The notes: generated by a model not told the origin, from the letters alone. Shown: positions 13,764 to 26,954, numbered from the stretch's first letter. The stretch: 59,599 nt of DNA from Phoronis australis (GCA_002633005.1 NMRA01000428.1:297774-357372), one strand, 5' to 3'. Translations and numbers: made by a program.

Positions 13764-14143
13764 TCATATATCTCCCTTTAGCGGTTTCAGTAACCATAAG
13801 CATGACTCTTGTGACAGCCAATAGTATGGCATTAATGCATGATAGTGTAAGTAACCAATGGCAACACCGATGACAACGTCTGTTACATGGTGACGGCCGA
13901 GCATAACCCTTGACAGAGCCACTGCATACGCCCATGTGACAATAAACGTGCAGGTGAGAGGGCTCATATTGGTCTGCTGCGTGAGGAACTCTGCCACAAA
14001 GAGCGCCCTCGTCGCATGCCCCGAGGGGAAGGAGTAATTGTCCACTGACACTGTGAAGTACATGTCGTCTTGGTTCTTGTGTGGCCGTTGACGTCTGGCA
14101 GTGGTCTTTAAAAAGCCAACGATAAGCAGATCCACCAACAGCG
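13764..14143 (-). CDS. PLPP6: PAP2-family polyisoprenoid diphosphate phosphatase (PLPP6/PLPP7 family), last exon
   Basis: Intact C1 KTTARRQRP, C2 SFPSGH and C3 SRVMLGRHHVTD motifs. Acceptor ttttcag at 14150-14144, phase 1; stop at 13764-13766. Confidence 0.92.
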
Positions 14144-16269
14144 CTGAAAAGGAGAACATCTTGTAGAGGCAGGGCTTGGAATGACCCATGACAAAAAGAG
14201 GAAATTTTTACGGCTCTAAATACACATTTCAATCTAAACCATACCTCAACAGATCGAAAGTAAACATTAGTAACACAAGATGCCCTGTTACTGTGTAGTG
14301 TTGGCAAAACGCACTCATCTTAAGCAGAACCTGATATCTATTTCAGCAACAACAATGAAGGCAGTTAGATGCAACAAAAGACATTTTTTAAAATTAAAAT
14401 AATAAAGATGATAAAAAATTTGCAGTGTGAGCGGCAGGAGTTTACATTCTTGATTTGCTGCAGGGAGACTTATAAAATTATTTTTAATTCTTATAATTAT
14501 GATACAAAATTTCAAAAAGATTGAAAATTGATCCATAGATTACCTAGAAAGCCTGAATATACATACACATTTAATTCCACCAAACAATTCCACCAACACA
14601 AATGGAAAAAAGTCAAGACGAAAACCTGTTAGCATGAAAAAATGAAAGTCAAAAATAGCATACTTTAAACAACAGAATGCATCAATCACAACCCTAAGTT
14701 GGCCACAAACTTTTCAGTTTCAAACAGTAATTACAGATTCGAAGTTAATTGTTCACAAGCCACGCTGGTGTAGAGGAAACTGTGACAAAAAATATCTACC
14801 AGGACACTGAAAATAGGCTGGCAGAATTTGTAAACAATGGCTTATACCAATCAGATCATTCAGAATCTGTCACGTGATCACTTCTCTCGAACTGCAAAAC
14901 TCGAGTCACAAAATAGAACATGAAAAATGTCAAAATAAATTGAAATACATAAAAGGCAATTTAAAACACATTTGCAGTTAACGACAATAGCACTTTGTAT
15001 CCGGTTTCGGCGGCACATAGAAAATCGCACTCTCAGGCGGTCAGGCCTAGCACTAACAGCCAACGGCAACGGGCGTGCATGGGAGATCAAACAAAAGAAT
15101 TTCATACATCACTCACATCCCACAATTCCAATCCAACGAATAACCGGTTACGGTTGAATTTCCTTTCAGGAAGCTTTGTTTCTAGTGTTTCATCATTTTC
15201 AGTCAGCCCTCCGACTCCAAATTAGTCCAATTCCAAAGCAACTCGGCCACGCACTACGTGATCATTCCTATCTCAAAGTTTACAGAGCACAAACGTTGGT
15301 TTGTGAAGACATTGACCGTTTCTTTTATCCACTTTTCTCACGAAATACTCAGTCTACTCCACGCTCCACGCATTTTTTACCACAGAATCACACTATTTTT
15401 CACTGCGATTTTATACCAAATGCAGACGCCATTGATGAACCACGCTAACCCAAGCACAGGCACTGTTATCTGTTCCTCGATTGCCACTGACGTCACTCAC
15501 TACTAAGAAAACATGTTTCTTAAATATTCTTACGAGTCCTCGGCAACTTCGAGTGCCTGTAATCCGCAATTACAATTTTCGTTCCTACGAAACATAAAGA
15601 GCAATTTCCGCTTTTCGAGTCATCAGCAACGCCGCGGTGAGAAACCAATTTACCACGATAATTTTATGGCAAATCCGATTTTTATGTGATAATATAACAA
15701 AAATACGTGGATCGAATAAAAGAAAAAAGCGGAAATCCACGATTCCGCGGACAATTCCAAGCCTTGTAGAGGATAATATAGCCAGTCATTAGTGCTGTCC
15801 AGGCAATGAGTTGTCCTACAACAAGGTATTCCTAGAACGAGTTATTTCTAGGTGTCATAGTAAAGTGGATGCAATTTCCAAGTTCGATCAATTAGTTTCA
15901 CCCGTGACAACTTAATCCACCTCTCAAGATACGGTTACTTGTTCTAGACTAACTTGTTCCAGTGCAAATCTGCTGACAAAGCCAAAGTGGTGATTCCTAA
16001 CTGTGTGATTGCACAGTAACATAAATGTGGGTGTCTTCAGAATTCTTTTTGCGCCATACAACACAAGACAAAAATTAGAAACAAGGTTATTCATAGTGTC
16101 TGGTGGAGATAAGGTAAAGAACTTCACTTAGTCAACGATTGGGTATTAGCTCTTTCTGACATTGCTTTGTCAAGTGTTGGGTTGTTTATTGCCATTTTTG
16201 TCCCGGAAGTAGTGCAGTGTCATATATAGGAGGAAGTTGAAGTCCCTGGTACTTTTTTTCTTATAAAAA

Positions 16270-16476
16270 GGAAACATGCTTTAGCCAAGGTCTAATATAC
16301 AGCATGGTCCCTCAGAGTTTCTCATTCACTTCCTTGCACACATTCACAAGAAAGACCGAGCTCAGAGGAATAGGAGCCATCTTTGTGCAATGCTTGAATG
16401 TCAGCCAGTGAAGCCAGGATTTGACACCAGGTGTCTCACGTGGCAGTCCGGAGCTCTAACCACTGAGCCACACTGT
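16270..16476 (-). mobile_element. tRNA-derived SINE
   Basis: Minus strand has A-box TGGCTCAGTGG and B-box-like GGTGTCAAATCC followed by a non-tRNA body. Confidence 0.6.
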
Positions 16477-17286
16477 CTTCACCGTCATGATTCAATATCT
16501 CATCTTAACCTCTAAACGCACATTCAAACTCAAGCAGTATGTAGTCTGTATTCTAATCAACAGAGCAAGAAACTGTGACTGAACATCATAAGGTGTTGAT
16601 CAGGCTCCGCCACTGATAAGATCCTAACTAAAGATGAAAACTAGTATTTTAGAAAGGTTTAAGAGACCATCTTTATTAAAACCAAAAAGGCTACCCAGAA
16701 TTGTTGTCAGGGACTTGAACGTCATCCTTCATACAACTTTGCACTACTTCTGGGCCAAAAATGTCGGGAAACAATGCTCCACTACTTGACAAAGGACTGT
16801 TGAGTGCAGTTCAAAACACCCAAAACAGCTTGCACACATTCTCTGGGTAAATGAATTACTTTAGACGAGACAAATATAATCAGACAAAATGCCATTTCCA
16901 TTGTGTGGGCCAATTCAGTAAACAGTATAACTGTCTAGTGATAACACTTGCAGTGGCAAAATTCCAATTTTAAAAGGCTGGCTTAGCCACCATACTAACT
17001 TTTCCTTCGTTCTTAATCATGATGATACCGGTATTCTACCTTGACAATGTATAAAACTGGTTTTTCTCCAGTCATCAATACGTGAAATTCGGTTCATTTT
17101 GTCTGAATACTTTTGGTGTGTTCTGAATTTGTCGCAAGGTTTCGGGTCTGTAGTTGGCAGAGAGGGGACAAGATGCGATAGCAGGTACCCATCTGGCACT
17201 TGAAAAATGGAGGTGCAAATTCGCGAGATTGACATTTGCCATATTTCCCCAAATATATGTATCTTGACAGAGCATGAAAACACAGA

Positions 17287-17624
17287 TCATAGACATTTTA
17301 AAGTCTAGTATGCAGGACACCTGTTAGCCAAATCACGTGACCTAATGAACATAAGTCTGAAAAGATTTCTGCATTGACCAGGACTTGAACACAGGACCTT
17401 CTGCTTTCCGGGTAGACATTCTAATTCACTGAGCCATCGGAACCACTGGTTGAGCAAAGGAATTTAATCAGACTTAAGCAGTGGGAGTTTCCTCAAAAAC
17501 TCCAGAATGTAGATGTTTGCAGGAAACACTTTTTGGTCTGGTCTGGTTTTCTGACTTATGTTCATTAGGTCACGTGATGTGGCCAACAGGTGGTGTGCAG
17601 ACCAAACTTAAAAACGTTTGCGAT
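17287..17624. mobile_element. Foldback/MITE-like element with about 75-bp inverted arms enclosing a tRNA-like sequence
   Basis: 17318-17363 is the near-perfect reverse complement of 17547-17592. Internal minus-strand TGGCTCAGTG...GTTCAAGTCC at 17375-17444. Confidence 0.7.
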
Positions 17625-19487
17625 TCCTCCCACACCCCAATAATTTACCCTCAAGATTAGAATCATTTATAAGGTGCATATGCCTTTGGTTCAGAAGACC
17701 CTGTTTATACAGCAATGCCTTTCCTTTGTTTATGTACAATATCAATATGAATTAGTTAAACTGACAAGTGCACGAATGACCACACAGTACTGAGATAAGA
17801 AGATCGCTAATGGGATTCCTGGGTCCACAGCCTAACACCACTGCATGTGCCACAGTTAGTACAATTTCAGAAAAAATCACACATGGCTTGACATTGCTCT
17901 GCTCTGCTCTGTTGTGAACTGTGAAACTCACACGTATGTGACCTCTGATCTTTCGAGTTTGTTAGGTCTGCCTAATTGGTTGTGAGCCCCTTTTGTGGCC
18001 AATTGGTCTATTATTTTGGCCAATCAGTGCCTGCTGGTGATATTCTTGTTGTCAGCTGAGCCTGCTTGTTCAGCTTATTTGGTTTTGGTCGCGATGCCAA
18101 TAGGGTGTGACCAAGAGTTTGGAGACAGTTTGCGTTTTCCAGTAATTTTGGTAAATACTTGAGAACTCTGAAAGAGTTCCTGACAAGTTTGAGTTTCAGT
18201 AAAAAAAATTATGGAACTTTTAGTGTCTTAATAATATTAAGAAATTGTGAGTCCAGCTTGGACCGTGACTGTCAAGTTACGTGTGTTGGAGCTACGAAGA
18301 CGTGGCTGAACTGAAGTGGATTCGACCTAGTCAACCACGAGTATGGAGAACCCTCTGACAAAGCAGAGCACAGTGAGTACTCTTGCCCTGTAATGCTGAC
18401 TCAGGGAGTTCATCACACTAATATTTTGGTGCCCCAATGCCAGGAGTCTTACCTAGTTGACCAAAGAGCAAGGACTCTCTTTTTATCACTCCCCCACGGG
18501 CGATTGCTCTTAGATCGATTGGTTAAGACTCCTTTCATTGAAGGAAGAGATACTGGGTTCAAAACTAGCACTAGGTGACTTTTCACTTAAGCTCTGAGAA
18601 GTGTGTAAGGCGATGCTAAAGCTGAGGGGAAAGAAGCCCGTGGCTATATATGCCTAAAAGGGAATTTTGATGGATTTTTAAACACTTGCCATATTGGAAT
18701 AGGACGAATATGCCCCCCCCCCCANNNNNNNNNNNNNNNNNNNNNNNNNNNNNNNNNNNNNNNNNNNNNNNNNNNNNNNNNNNNNNNNNNNNNNNNNNNN
18801 NNNNNNNNNNNNNNNNNNNNNNNNNNNNNNNNNNNNNNNNNNNNNNNNNNNNNNNNNNNNNNNNNNNNNNNNNNNNNNNNNNNNNNNNNNNNNNNNNNNN
18901 NNNNNNNNNNNNNNNNNNNNNNNNNNNNNNNNNNNNNNNNNNNNNNNNNNNNNNNNNNNNNNNNNNNNNNNNNNNNNNNNNNNNNNNNNNNNNNNNNNNN
19001 NNNNNNNNNNNNNNNNNNNNNNNNNNNNNNNNNNNNNNNNNNNNNNNNNNNNNNNNNNNNNNNNNNNNNNNNNNNNNNNNNNNNNNNNNNNNNNNNNNNN
19101 NNNNNNNNNNNNNNNNNNNNNNNNNNNNNNNNNNNNNNNNNNNNNNNNNNNNNNNNNNNNNNNNNNNNNNNNNNNNNNNNNNNNNNNNNNNNNNNNNNNN
19201 NNNNNNNNNNNNNNNNNNNNNNNNNNNNNNNNNNNNNNNNNNNNNNNNNNNNNNNNNNNNNNNNNNNNNNNNNNNNNNNNNNNNNNNNNNNNNNNNNNNN
19301 NNNNNNNNNNNNNNNNNNNNNNNNNNNNNNNNNNNNNNNNNNNNNNNNNNNNNNNNNNNNNNNNNNNNNNNNNNNNNNNNNNNNNNNNNNNNNNNNNNNN
19401 NNNNNNNNNNNNNNNNNNNNNNNNNNNNNNNNNNNNNNNNNNNNNNNNNNNNNNNNNNNNNNNNNNNNNNNNNNNNNNNNNNNNNNN

Positions 19488-19743
19488 CGAAAATCCAAGG
19501 TATTCCGTGACATGAGATCTCAAGAGCTTTCATCACTGGCCTGAATAGTTTTAGTTTGCTTCCATCATCTGCACACACGCTCAAAGTGGAAGTCAACTGC
19601 TGGTCGAATTGAACAACCCAGCTGAGGGGAGAGAACGTTTGACTTCCTCGCATTTCATCCATTTTTTCATCCGTCGTGTTATTCAAGCTTTTCGGACTCC
19701 CGGATCGCTCATCACCTTTGTTAATATGCCGTAGGGTAGTCAT
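19488..19743 (-). CDS. PLPP6: PLPP6/7 family first coding exon (3' end lost in gap)
   Basis: MTTLRHINKG...FDQQLTSTLSVCA...FRPVMKALEISCHGIPWIF matches the PLPP6/7 LEISGHGIPW region; runs into the N-gap. Confidence 0.85.
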
Positions 19744-19808
19744 TCGTGAGCTGCAATTCTGGTCAACAACAGGCAAGAAATTACAATTAGTCTTTGCAAA
19801 AAACACAA

Positions 19809-19816
19809 CCGGAAGT
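19809..19816. promoter_or_regulatory. ETS/GABP-type motif CCGGAAGT upstream of the PLPP6/7 ATG
   Basis: Exact consensus about 65 nt upstream of the start codon. Confidence 0.4.
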
Positions 19817-22242
19817 TTGTGTCCGGCCTGCAAGTTCTATATTCATTCAGCCGAACAACAAATTAGAATTCCACAAAAAAATTTTTTGAGACATTTTCGG
19901 GATTTAAATGTCCTAATATCATATCAATTTTAGTGTGTTTTATATTTCCAAATACCCATATTTGGCATAGGTAGAAATTATTCGAAAGTATTTGGTCTAA
20001 AACGTGAACAGGGAACCACCGTACTGGCAGTCTGCTGCACAGACCCTCGAGACTGGCCACAAGCAATCCGTAATGCTCATNTTACTTTTGAAATCACCTT
20101 TGAAAATACGTTAAAATGCGCTAAAACAGTTGTCCCTTCCTGGTTATCTCTTCCTGGTTATAGCTATTTTTAATCGTACTGCCATCGACGCAGTGCTGGG
20201 CCGTCGGTGGCCAGCCTGAGGCGGCGCACCGTGTACTGAGGCGCATCCCAAACCACCCGTTTGTCGGCATGGCGTAGCGCGTACGCACCGTAAGTTACGT
20301 TCAGTGCCGGCTCAAGGTGAGTACGGTGGGCCTTTGGGCGCCTATACTTACCTTTAATTTTACCACTACAGTACAGCACTGCATCGGAGCTGTTGGTCCG
20401 TGAGTGTTGTAGCCCAGTACGCCTTGCGTTGCCCCGGCATTGTGCGCCGTTTTCTCAGTCAAGTCTCGATCGCTCGGAATTCCGAGAGGGGCCGCCGGGG
20501 GNGGGGCCATGCCCCCCCTCCTAAATTCCCCCAGATTCCATTTGGCTAGAGTTTGCCTCTGCTGTGCCGATAGGCCCTATCTTCCTCAACTCAGACTCTT
20601 TTCGCTCGGGCTGATCTCCCTGACTGACACCGACCTGATGTTTTCAGCACCTAGGCCTATAGGGCTGGAGACAAGTCGTATGATCACTGAATGCCAGCTT
20701 CGTAAGAGTGTCAGCCCCATAATAGACATCATTAACATGTCTATGGGCAGCCCGCACTTTTAATGACACTTACACTGACTGGACTATTCCCCACAAGGGG
20801 TCGTTGTAAGCGTTTGGGAGAAATAAATCGACCCGTCATTAATTTTGTGTGTCAGCCTTTAGTAAAAAACAGCAGCACAATTGTGACCCTCCTGCAGAAA
20901 AGACAGGAGTATATGACCTAACACATGCAAGCAAAGATGAAATTTGTGCCGGCCGGGACGCATTATAACTAATAAAATTCACAACCCAGTTAATTAATAT
21001 TACGGTGTTGCCCGATGGCCTGTTCGATTGGGAAGTTTACCCCTGTAGCCAATATCTTACACGACTGATTAAGTCCATTCTGGCATTTGTGGTTGGAGGG
21101 CCAGCTCTCTTTTGCTCGACAAGTGCCCTAATCTCCAATAAGATTGTATCTGTACCTGACTGGGCGGTGCTGTTAAAAATTAAAGTTTAATTATAAGATA
21201 TTTGAACATAAACCAATCGGCATTTCTGAAATCTTCGTCAAATGGTGATCATGTTTAGTTTTTGAATCTCCAAAATCGCTCAGCTGCAACAGAGTTAAAG
21301 TTACGACAATCTATTCTTTCCGAATACACCAGTTCACTCTGAGTTTGACTGTCTTCACACGTGGTCTGTAATAGCCTGGTAGATAATTGGCCTGCTTGTT
21401 GTCCTAACAGACAAAAGAGTGTGCATGGCAGTTAACAAAGAAGCTAGATGTTATCACACGCGCAGAACCCTTACGTCTGGTAAAGTCACTGATCGAACGG
21501 GAAAACGCTGTCATGAGCCCGGCATGAAGATATCAATTTGTGACATCTTGCTCTTTTAAGAAGCTTCCCTTGGAGGTAAATGAAATTTTGTCCGTATGAC
21601 CGAGGTGGAGAAATCCCAGGCCGGGCTCAGTGGACGCGCGCTATGCCCGGTTACGGAGGCAAAACTCAGCCTGTACCGAGAGGCAGGTATGCATAAACGC
21701 CAACCAACATGTGTATGAATTAAAAACTGCGAATATTGCAAGAGGGATTAGCCAGCAAATTTTTAAAAGCCATTGCCCGTACTCACGACGCCCGCGAAGC
21801 CCCCGTCATGAGGGGATTACAGGGGTAAAACACCGACTCCGGCATTGCGGGGGTTTACCTCATTTCTTTCCTACCCACTTTTGGAAAATATGTGCTTTCA
21901 CAGACTTCAGTTAAAATGTACAGTTTAGTAGATATTCGGCTAAAAGCGCAGACTTCTCCTGCGCAACCTTAAACAAGGAGCAAACACGCACCGAAATTTC
22001 ATTGATGTCATGTCGAATCGAAATGGGCCGGGGTTCATGCGAAATGAATTTAGGGAATTTATGGTGATCTAGTTAAGCAATGCTGCAATTGATCATAAAA
22101 TACACGCATATTCAGCATTTCTTTAATGTGATTCTTTTCAATTTGCACATTTTTAATTTCGAGAATGTACATGTGCGAAATTTCTTCACAGAAATCGTCA
22201 CGCCCGAGTCACAATGACTGTAGCGCGCGTCATACAGTTCAG

Positions 22243-22250
22243 TGACGTCA
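22243..22250. promoter_or_regulatory. CRE motif TGACGTCA upstream of FAM78
   Basis: Perfect palindromic CRE about 210 nt before the ATG. Confidence 0.35.
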
Positions 22251-22455
22251 TCTCATTGTCGTACCGTGTTTGACATCGTCACGGAAGGATTTCATGAAAA
22301 CCTACGACCACCAAAGAAATTTTACACGACAGCTTTAAGCTAACTTGTAACTTATCTGGATATTAGATACTCCTGGAAGCCAAATTTCGAATGTATAGCT
22401 AGAAATTCTCGGCTCAGTCCTGGCGTAAACTCCTGTTGAACTTCGCCACCATACC

Positions 22456-22637
22456 ATGGGCAATGCTCAACACCATAAATCTCGACACAGCAGAGATATG
22501 AGCGACCAGGACAGCCGAATGAGTTACCACCACATGGATAACATTGTCACGAAGATTCACGCCAAGATAGAGAAGAAACCGACCACGATTGACGAGACGT
22601 CACCCGTTGTTTTGAAGTATAAAACACCCCACTTTAG
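22456..22637 (+). CDS. FAM78: FAM78 family protein, exon 1
   Basis: IEKKPTTIDETSPVVLKYKTPHFR matches the FAM78A/B N-terminal motif; start context ACCATGG; donor AG|GTGAG, phase 2. Confidence 0.9.
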
Positions 22638-23709
22638 GTGAGGTGATTGATCAACAAATGAAATATTTGGTAAAATACGACAACAGTACAACTAAACTAT
22701 GCAAATCTTCATCTAAAAAATTCTGAAGAGGGATAATATTTTCAAGAATCATCTCAGCCTTGTCAAATAACTTAAAAAAAGAAAATCATTAATACAATTT
22801 GGCAAGAAAGCAACAATAACTTTAATGCTCTTCAATGGTCTGGCATTTTGAACGATAATGCTTTTTCAAAATCATTCTTCATTTAGCCCAGTTCGTTGCA
22901 AAGAGATTTTGTTCAATTCCAATGAATGTTCAACAGCATGAAGAAACTTTAAATTAAAAAAAAAACGGTATCTGTTTTGTAGCCAGTCACGTAACTTTTG
23001 AAAAATTTACACCTATAAGCTTTCATCAGAGTATTGTTTTTACCAACGGTTAACAAGTCAGATTTGAGATTCAATGACCTGTTTTATCAAAGGCTGCAAT
23101 TTAAAGGCCGAAAAACGCAGTTTTTACGGGATTATTGCTTAATGGACTTTTTGAAATTATTATTTTTGACCAGAGCTACATAGCAATAAAATCCGTGTGT
23201 TTTTTATTTCAAGTTCTCAATTCTCGCACTTGTCTGCCAGACATTCGCTGAAATCAAGGCCAAGCCTCTATATGTACATGTACAATTTAAACGCGCTTTA
23301 AACGCGTTGCTATTTAATGTGTGTGATGTGGCTCAGGGGGTAAAAATTCGGCTGCCACTGCGGATATTAGTTGGATCCATTTGTCGCTACTGTAAATTTC
23401 CGTAAAATCAGTCTTCTCGCATGGAATGGCGAGGGCACGGTAGTGCAAGCGTGACTGCGTGTTTTTAGCGCGACGTTGCAACTGACGTTCAGCTGACGAT
23501 TTTCCTCAAGACTTAATTTGTTGCGACCGTGCCTTCGCGAGACATGTTAATTACCAGTAATGGCGGTATGCTGAAAGGAGTCCCTGGCGGTTTCGTCCAG
23601 CACCATCTTGAGTACGTAATAAGTCAAATTAAACATTTACCGATTCGCATGCGTTTCACATGAAAGTGGCGAAGGGAGAGTAAGAGATGTTTAAACCAGT
23701 ATTTTAAGA

Positions 23710-23793
23710 ATATGACAGGATGTAATTATATTATTTCTCAAATTATTCTGCATATGACAGGATGTAATTATATAATTTCTCAAATTATTCTGC
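23710..23793. repeat. Tandem duplication, two copies of 42 bp
   Basis: atatgacaggatgtaattata...caaattattctgc occurs twice. Confidence 0.9.
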
Positions 23794-24739
23794 ATCACAA
23801 ACTCCTACTTCTTCGTCAGAACCAATTTTCGCTCGCACTTAATGGTGGGTTTGTTGTCAACTTGCGTAGTCAGTCACGTTTTCACAAAGTCCGCATCCTT
23901 TCATCAGTATAGTTAGCTCTCAATATGTCAAAACAAGTCTTTAAATTATTGGAATTAACATGCTAATTATCCCTGTCGCTAATCACATCCGCATCGGTTT
24001 ACCAGCGAAGTCGAGATTTGGGGAATAAATAGGAATAATTTAAGTTTCTGTGTGTAAACAACTCTGCACGTGAACTGGTGGCATGAATGCATTATCTGTT
24101 TTCGTTATTTCCTTGCTGTTTGAAGAGAAATTTCCACTTTATTGGCAGGTTGCTATATAGCTAAATGTAAAAAACCTAACGCTACTCATGCTCGTCTCAA
24201 ACACGTGGAATTGCACGAGTCCGCGGTTTCGAGTTGAGCTTGCGCAGCTAATGCGCACTGGCGTGGAGCACTGATTCCATCGTTACGCTACCGAGTTGTT
24301 CGGACACAGAATCATTCAGATTATCCATGAGGTATCGGCTTCGCTGGGATTCCGATGTCAGGATGCTTAATTTGCAAATGTAGTGGTTGAAACAATTTAT
24401 AGACTCGATTTTATTTTATATTCAATGCTAACTATAAATACTGACAATGGGCTGGACTGATTGAAAACGTATAGTATCAGATCTTGCCAATTACCGGATT
24501 TTTACAGACAGCTTTGACAGTTTTCAATACGGTCCAAAATTGAGCATACGAGGTTCTCCGGAAGACACGCGAGTTTGTGAATCCTGAATAATATAATGGA
24601 AATGGTATGATTACAACCATTTGGCAATCCAATCGACATTTTTTGAGAAATGTTGCTTTAAACGGGTCTTACACTCCCGTCCTTGCACGTGAACTGGTTT
24701 GGTTAGTATACCATATTAAATATTCAATATGGTGGATCA

Positions 24740-25600
24740 CGACTGTCTTGGGCAAGACCGGAATAAAACCTTTAATAAACGTGCTCCAGAGGCATAAAGA
24801 AATACAATTTTGATAGTGACGTAGCTAAGATTTTCCAGTTACTGCATGCCAATGGTTACCCTCTAAATTTTTTGAATAGCTGCAAAAGACACTTCCTTTC
24901 TAAAATAAATGACCGAGGCGGATAACGTAGCTGTTAGTGGACCTGAGAAAAAGAAAGTTTTCTTTTCTCTTGGCTACACCGGGCCTAGTAGTTTAAAATT
25001 GAAACGTCAGTTATCTCGCCTTATGCATTGCATAAACCCAGCCGTTCAGCTAATACTTGCTTTCGAACCTCTTCGCAAACTTTCTTATATGCTTTGTGAA
25101 CTGAAATCCCCTATCCCATTATTAAATAAAAGCAATGTTGTGTACAAGGTTGAATGTGACAACTGTAAGGAATTCTATATTGGACTCACCCAGAGACTCC
25201 TCTGTGACAGGCTGAAAGAACATAACACATCCGACAAAAGTAACATTTATTTGCATTGTATTAGCAACAACCATCAAACTAATTCAGTCAGTATTATATG
25301 TAAAGAACATGCTAAGGAATTACTGTATATCAACGAGTCATTGGCTTTTCAGGATCAGCATGCTACTGATTCTCTCAATAACATGCAGAGCTCAGTGACC
25401 CTGCAACTATGGTAATGACCCGCTTACGTTCCCTGTATCTCTCACTCTCATTTCACCACATGGATGTGACTTGAATGGTAATCGACACTTGTTGTCCATA
25501 TGTACATATCGTTATGATGTCTTGTTGAATAGACGAAACGTTGAGTTAACAAGAACTTTTTTATGTTTCCGGCATTTGTCCGTTTTCTAACAATAAAAGA
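24740..25600 (+). mobile_element. Penelope-like retroelement 3' fragment (RT thumb NGYP plus GIY-YIG endonuclease) in FAM78 intron 1
   Basis: NGYP at 24851; SNVVYKVECDNCKEFYIGLTQRLLCDRLKEH...NESL; 5' truncated and frameshifted. Confidence 0.85.
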
Positions 25601-26558
25601 GAACCAAAAACATTTTTTCGCTCCCGCCATCAATTTTACGGAGCAGGTGATTTTTAGCGTGTTCAAGAGAATTTGTAAACTGACATCCAGTTTTCAGTGA
25701 CTTAATTCTAATTAAATTCGTAAGCTGAAATTTACGCTGGCTGCTATTGTCGTCGTTTTAGGCCAAAAATAAACCGCAGTTGTTTCGGAGACAAGTTAGG
25801 CCAAGTCACGAGATCACCATGCATGATATGATTGTATTAACTTTCAGTCGCATCTGGACTCGAGAGGGTTATCTGTGAATGCAACACAGACGTTGAAATG
25901 AGAAATCCACCTGTAGTAAATACCCGCTGATCTTGCACACCTCACCTACAGTCGTCGTCAAAATAAATTAAACTTCAATGGAACTCTGACAGACTGGCTT
26001 GGACGAATGCCTTTCCCGAAAAATTCTTGGCAAAACTAAAACACGGCAAAACTAAAACACATTTGTTGCAACATACTGATATTTTTGTCAAACTTAAATC
26101 AGAATTAATTAAGTGTGACATTACTGCGCCCAGGCACTAATTCTTTGTCAACAATCTTAAAACTGAGAAGATTTGTCGACTTTTCGATAAACTATGCCGA
26201 GCCACCCGGCGAGATCGTTTCTTCGACAATTTGTCGTAATGTTGTAGGCCTAGCGTAGAAAAATTGGATATGAAGTAGCGATTTTGCGCGTGGAAACTTT
26301 GTATAGTTTTGAGGCCGTCCATAAAGATAATTTTGAAAACTATTCAGTACTACGGGGTGTTCTTTAACCTATAAATGTGTTAACCATATGCATGACATTT
26401 CTCTACGTAAAACCCCTTCATTGCGGGCTGATTTTGATTGATTTCAGGAAGCGTTGCATAAAAACAGCAAAAGGTATCGCCAATTCGCTGTCCGTTCCTC
26501 AAACCTCAAGCAATCTGAAACTCTATTGAACTTTTAGATGTTTTTTTCATATTTTCAG

Positions 26559-26672
26559 AGCATGCGCAACGGTTCAGTTTCCGGCCATACCAAATGACGA
26601 AGAATGGCAGATAGGTTGGATCCAAGCTTGTACCCACATGGACTTCATTATAAGATACGGAGACTTGGGATA
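26559..26672 (+). CDS. FAM78: FAM78 exon 2 (not in the ORF track)
   Basis: ttttcag|A-ACATVQFPAIPNDEEWQIGWIQACTHMDFIIRYGDLG-TA|gtaag; 114 nt, phase 2-2; conserved GWIQAC motif. Confidence 0.9.
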
Positions 26673-26954
26673 GTAAGCATCTAAAATTCTTAAAAACTTT
26701 CAAATCGTTATACCGGTACGCCATTTGTGGCTTGGATTTAGTCTGACGCTGATGTTGAAAATTGCATAGTCGTCTCACGCCAGAGATTCTAAAGCGGCTA
26801 TTTAACAATAATTAAGCCCACCTGTTTTTTCATTTTGACCGTTATGATATGGTATCGAATTGTTCTTTAGCTGTGTGATTTAAGAGATTGGAAAGACCTG
26901 ACAGTTCCGTACCTTTAACTGATAGCCAGACGGCTTTACAAATTGGCTTATCAA

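Noticed and set aside
13555-14307. 250-aa ORF overlapping the PLPP6/7 exon in another frame
   Set aside because: Shadow frame of a real exon with no motifs.
16410-18580. tRNA genes at 16410-16476, 17375-17444 and 18510-18580
   Set aside because: Only A/B boxes with broken cloverleaf stems; SINE-like rather than functional tRNAs.
18616-19523. Long ORFs spanning N-runs (also 29669-30286, 37304-38254, 53899-54150)
   Set aside because: Artefacts of translating gaps; only the PLPP6/7 portion is real.
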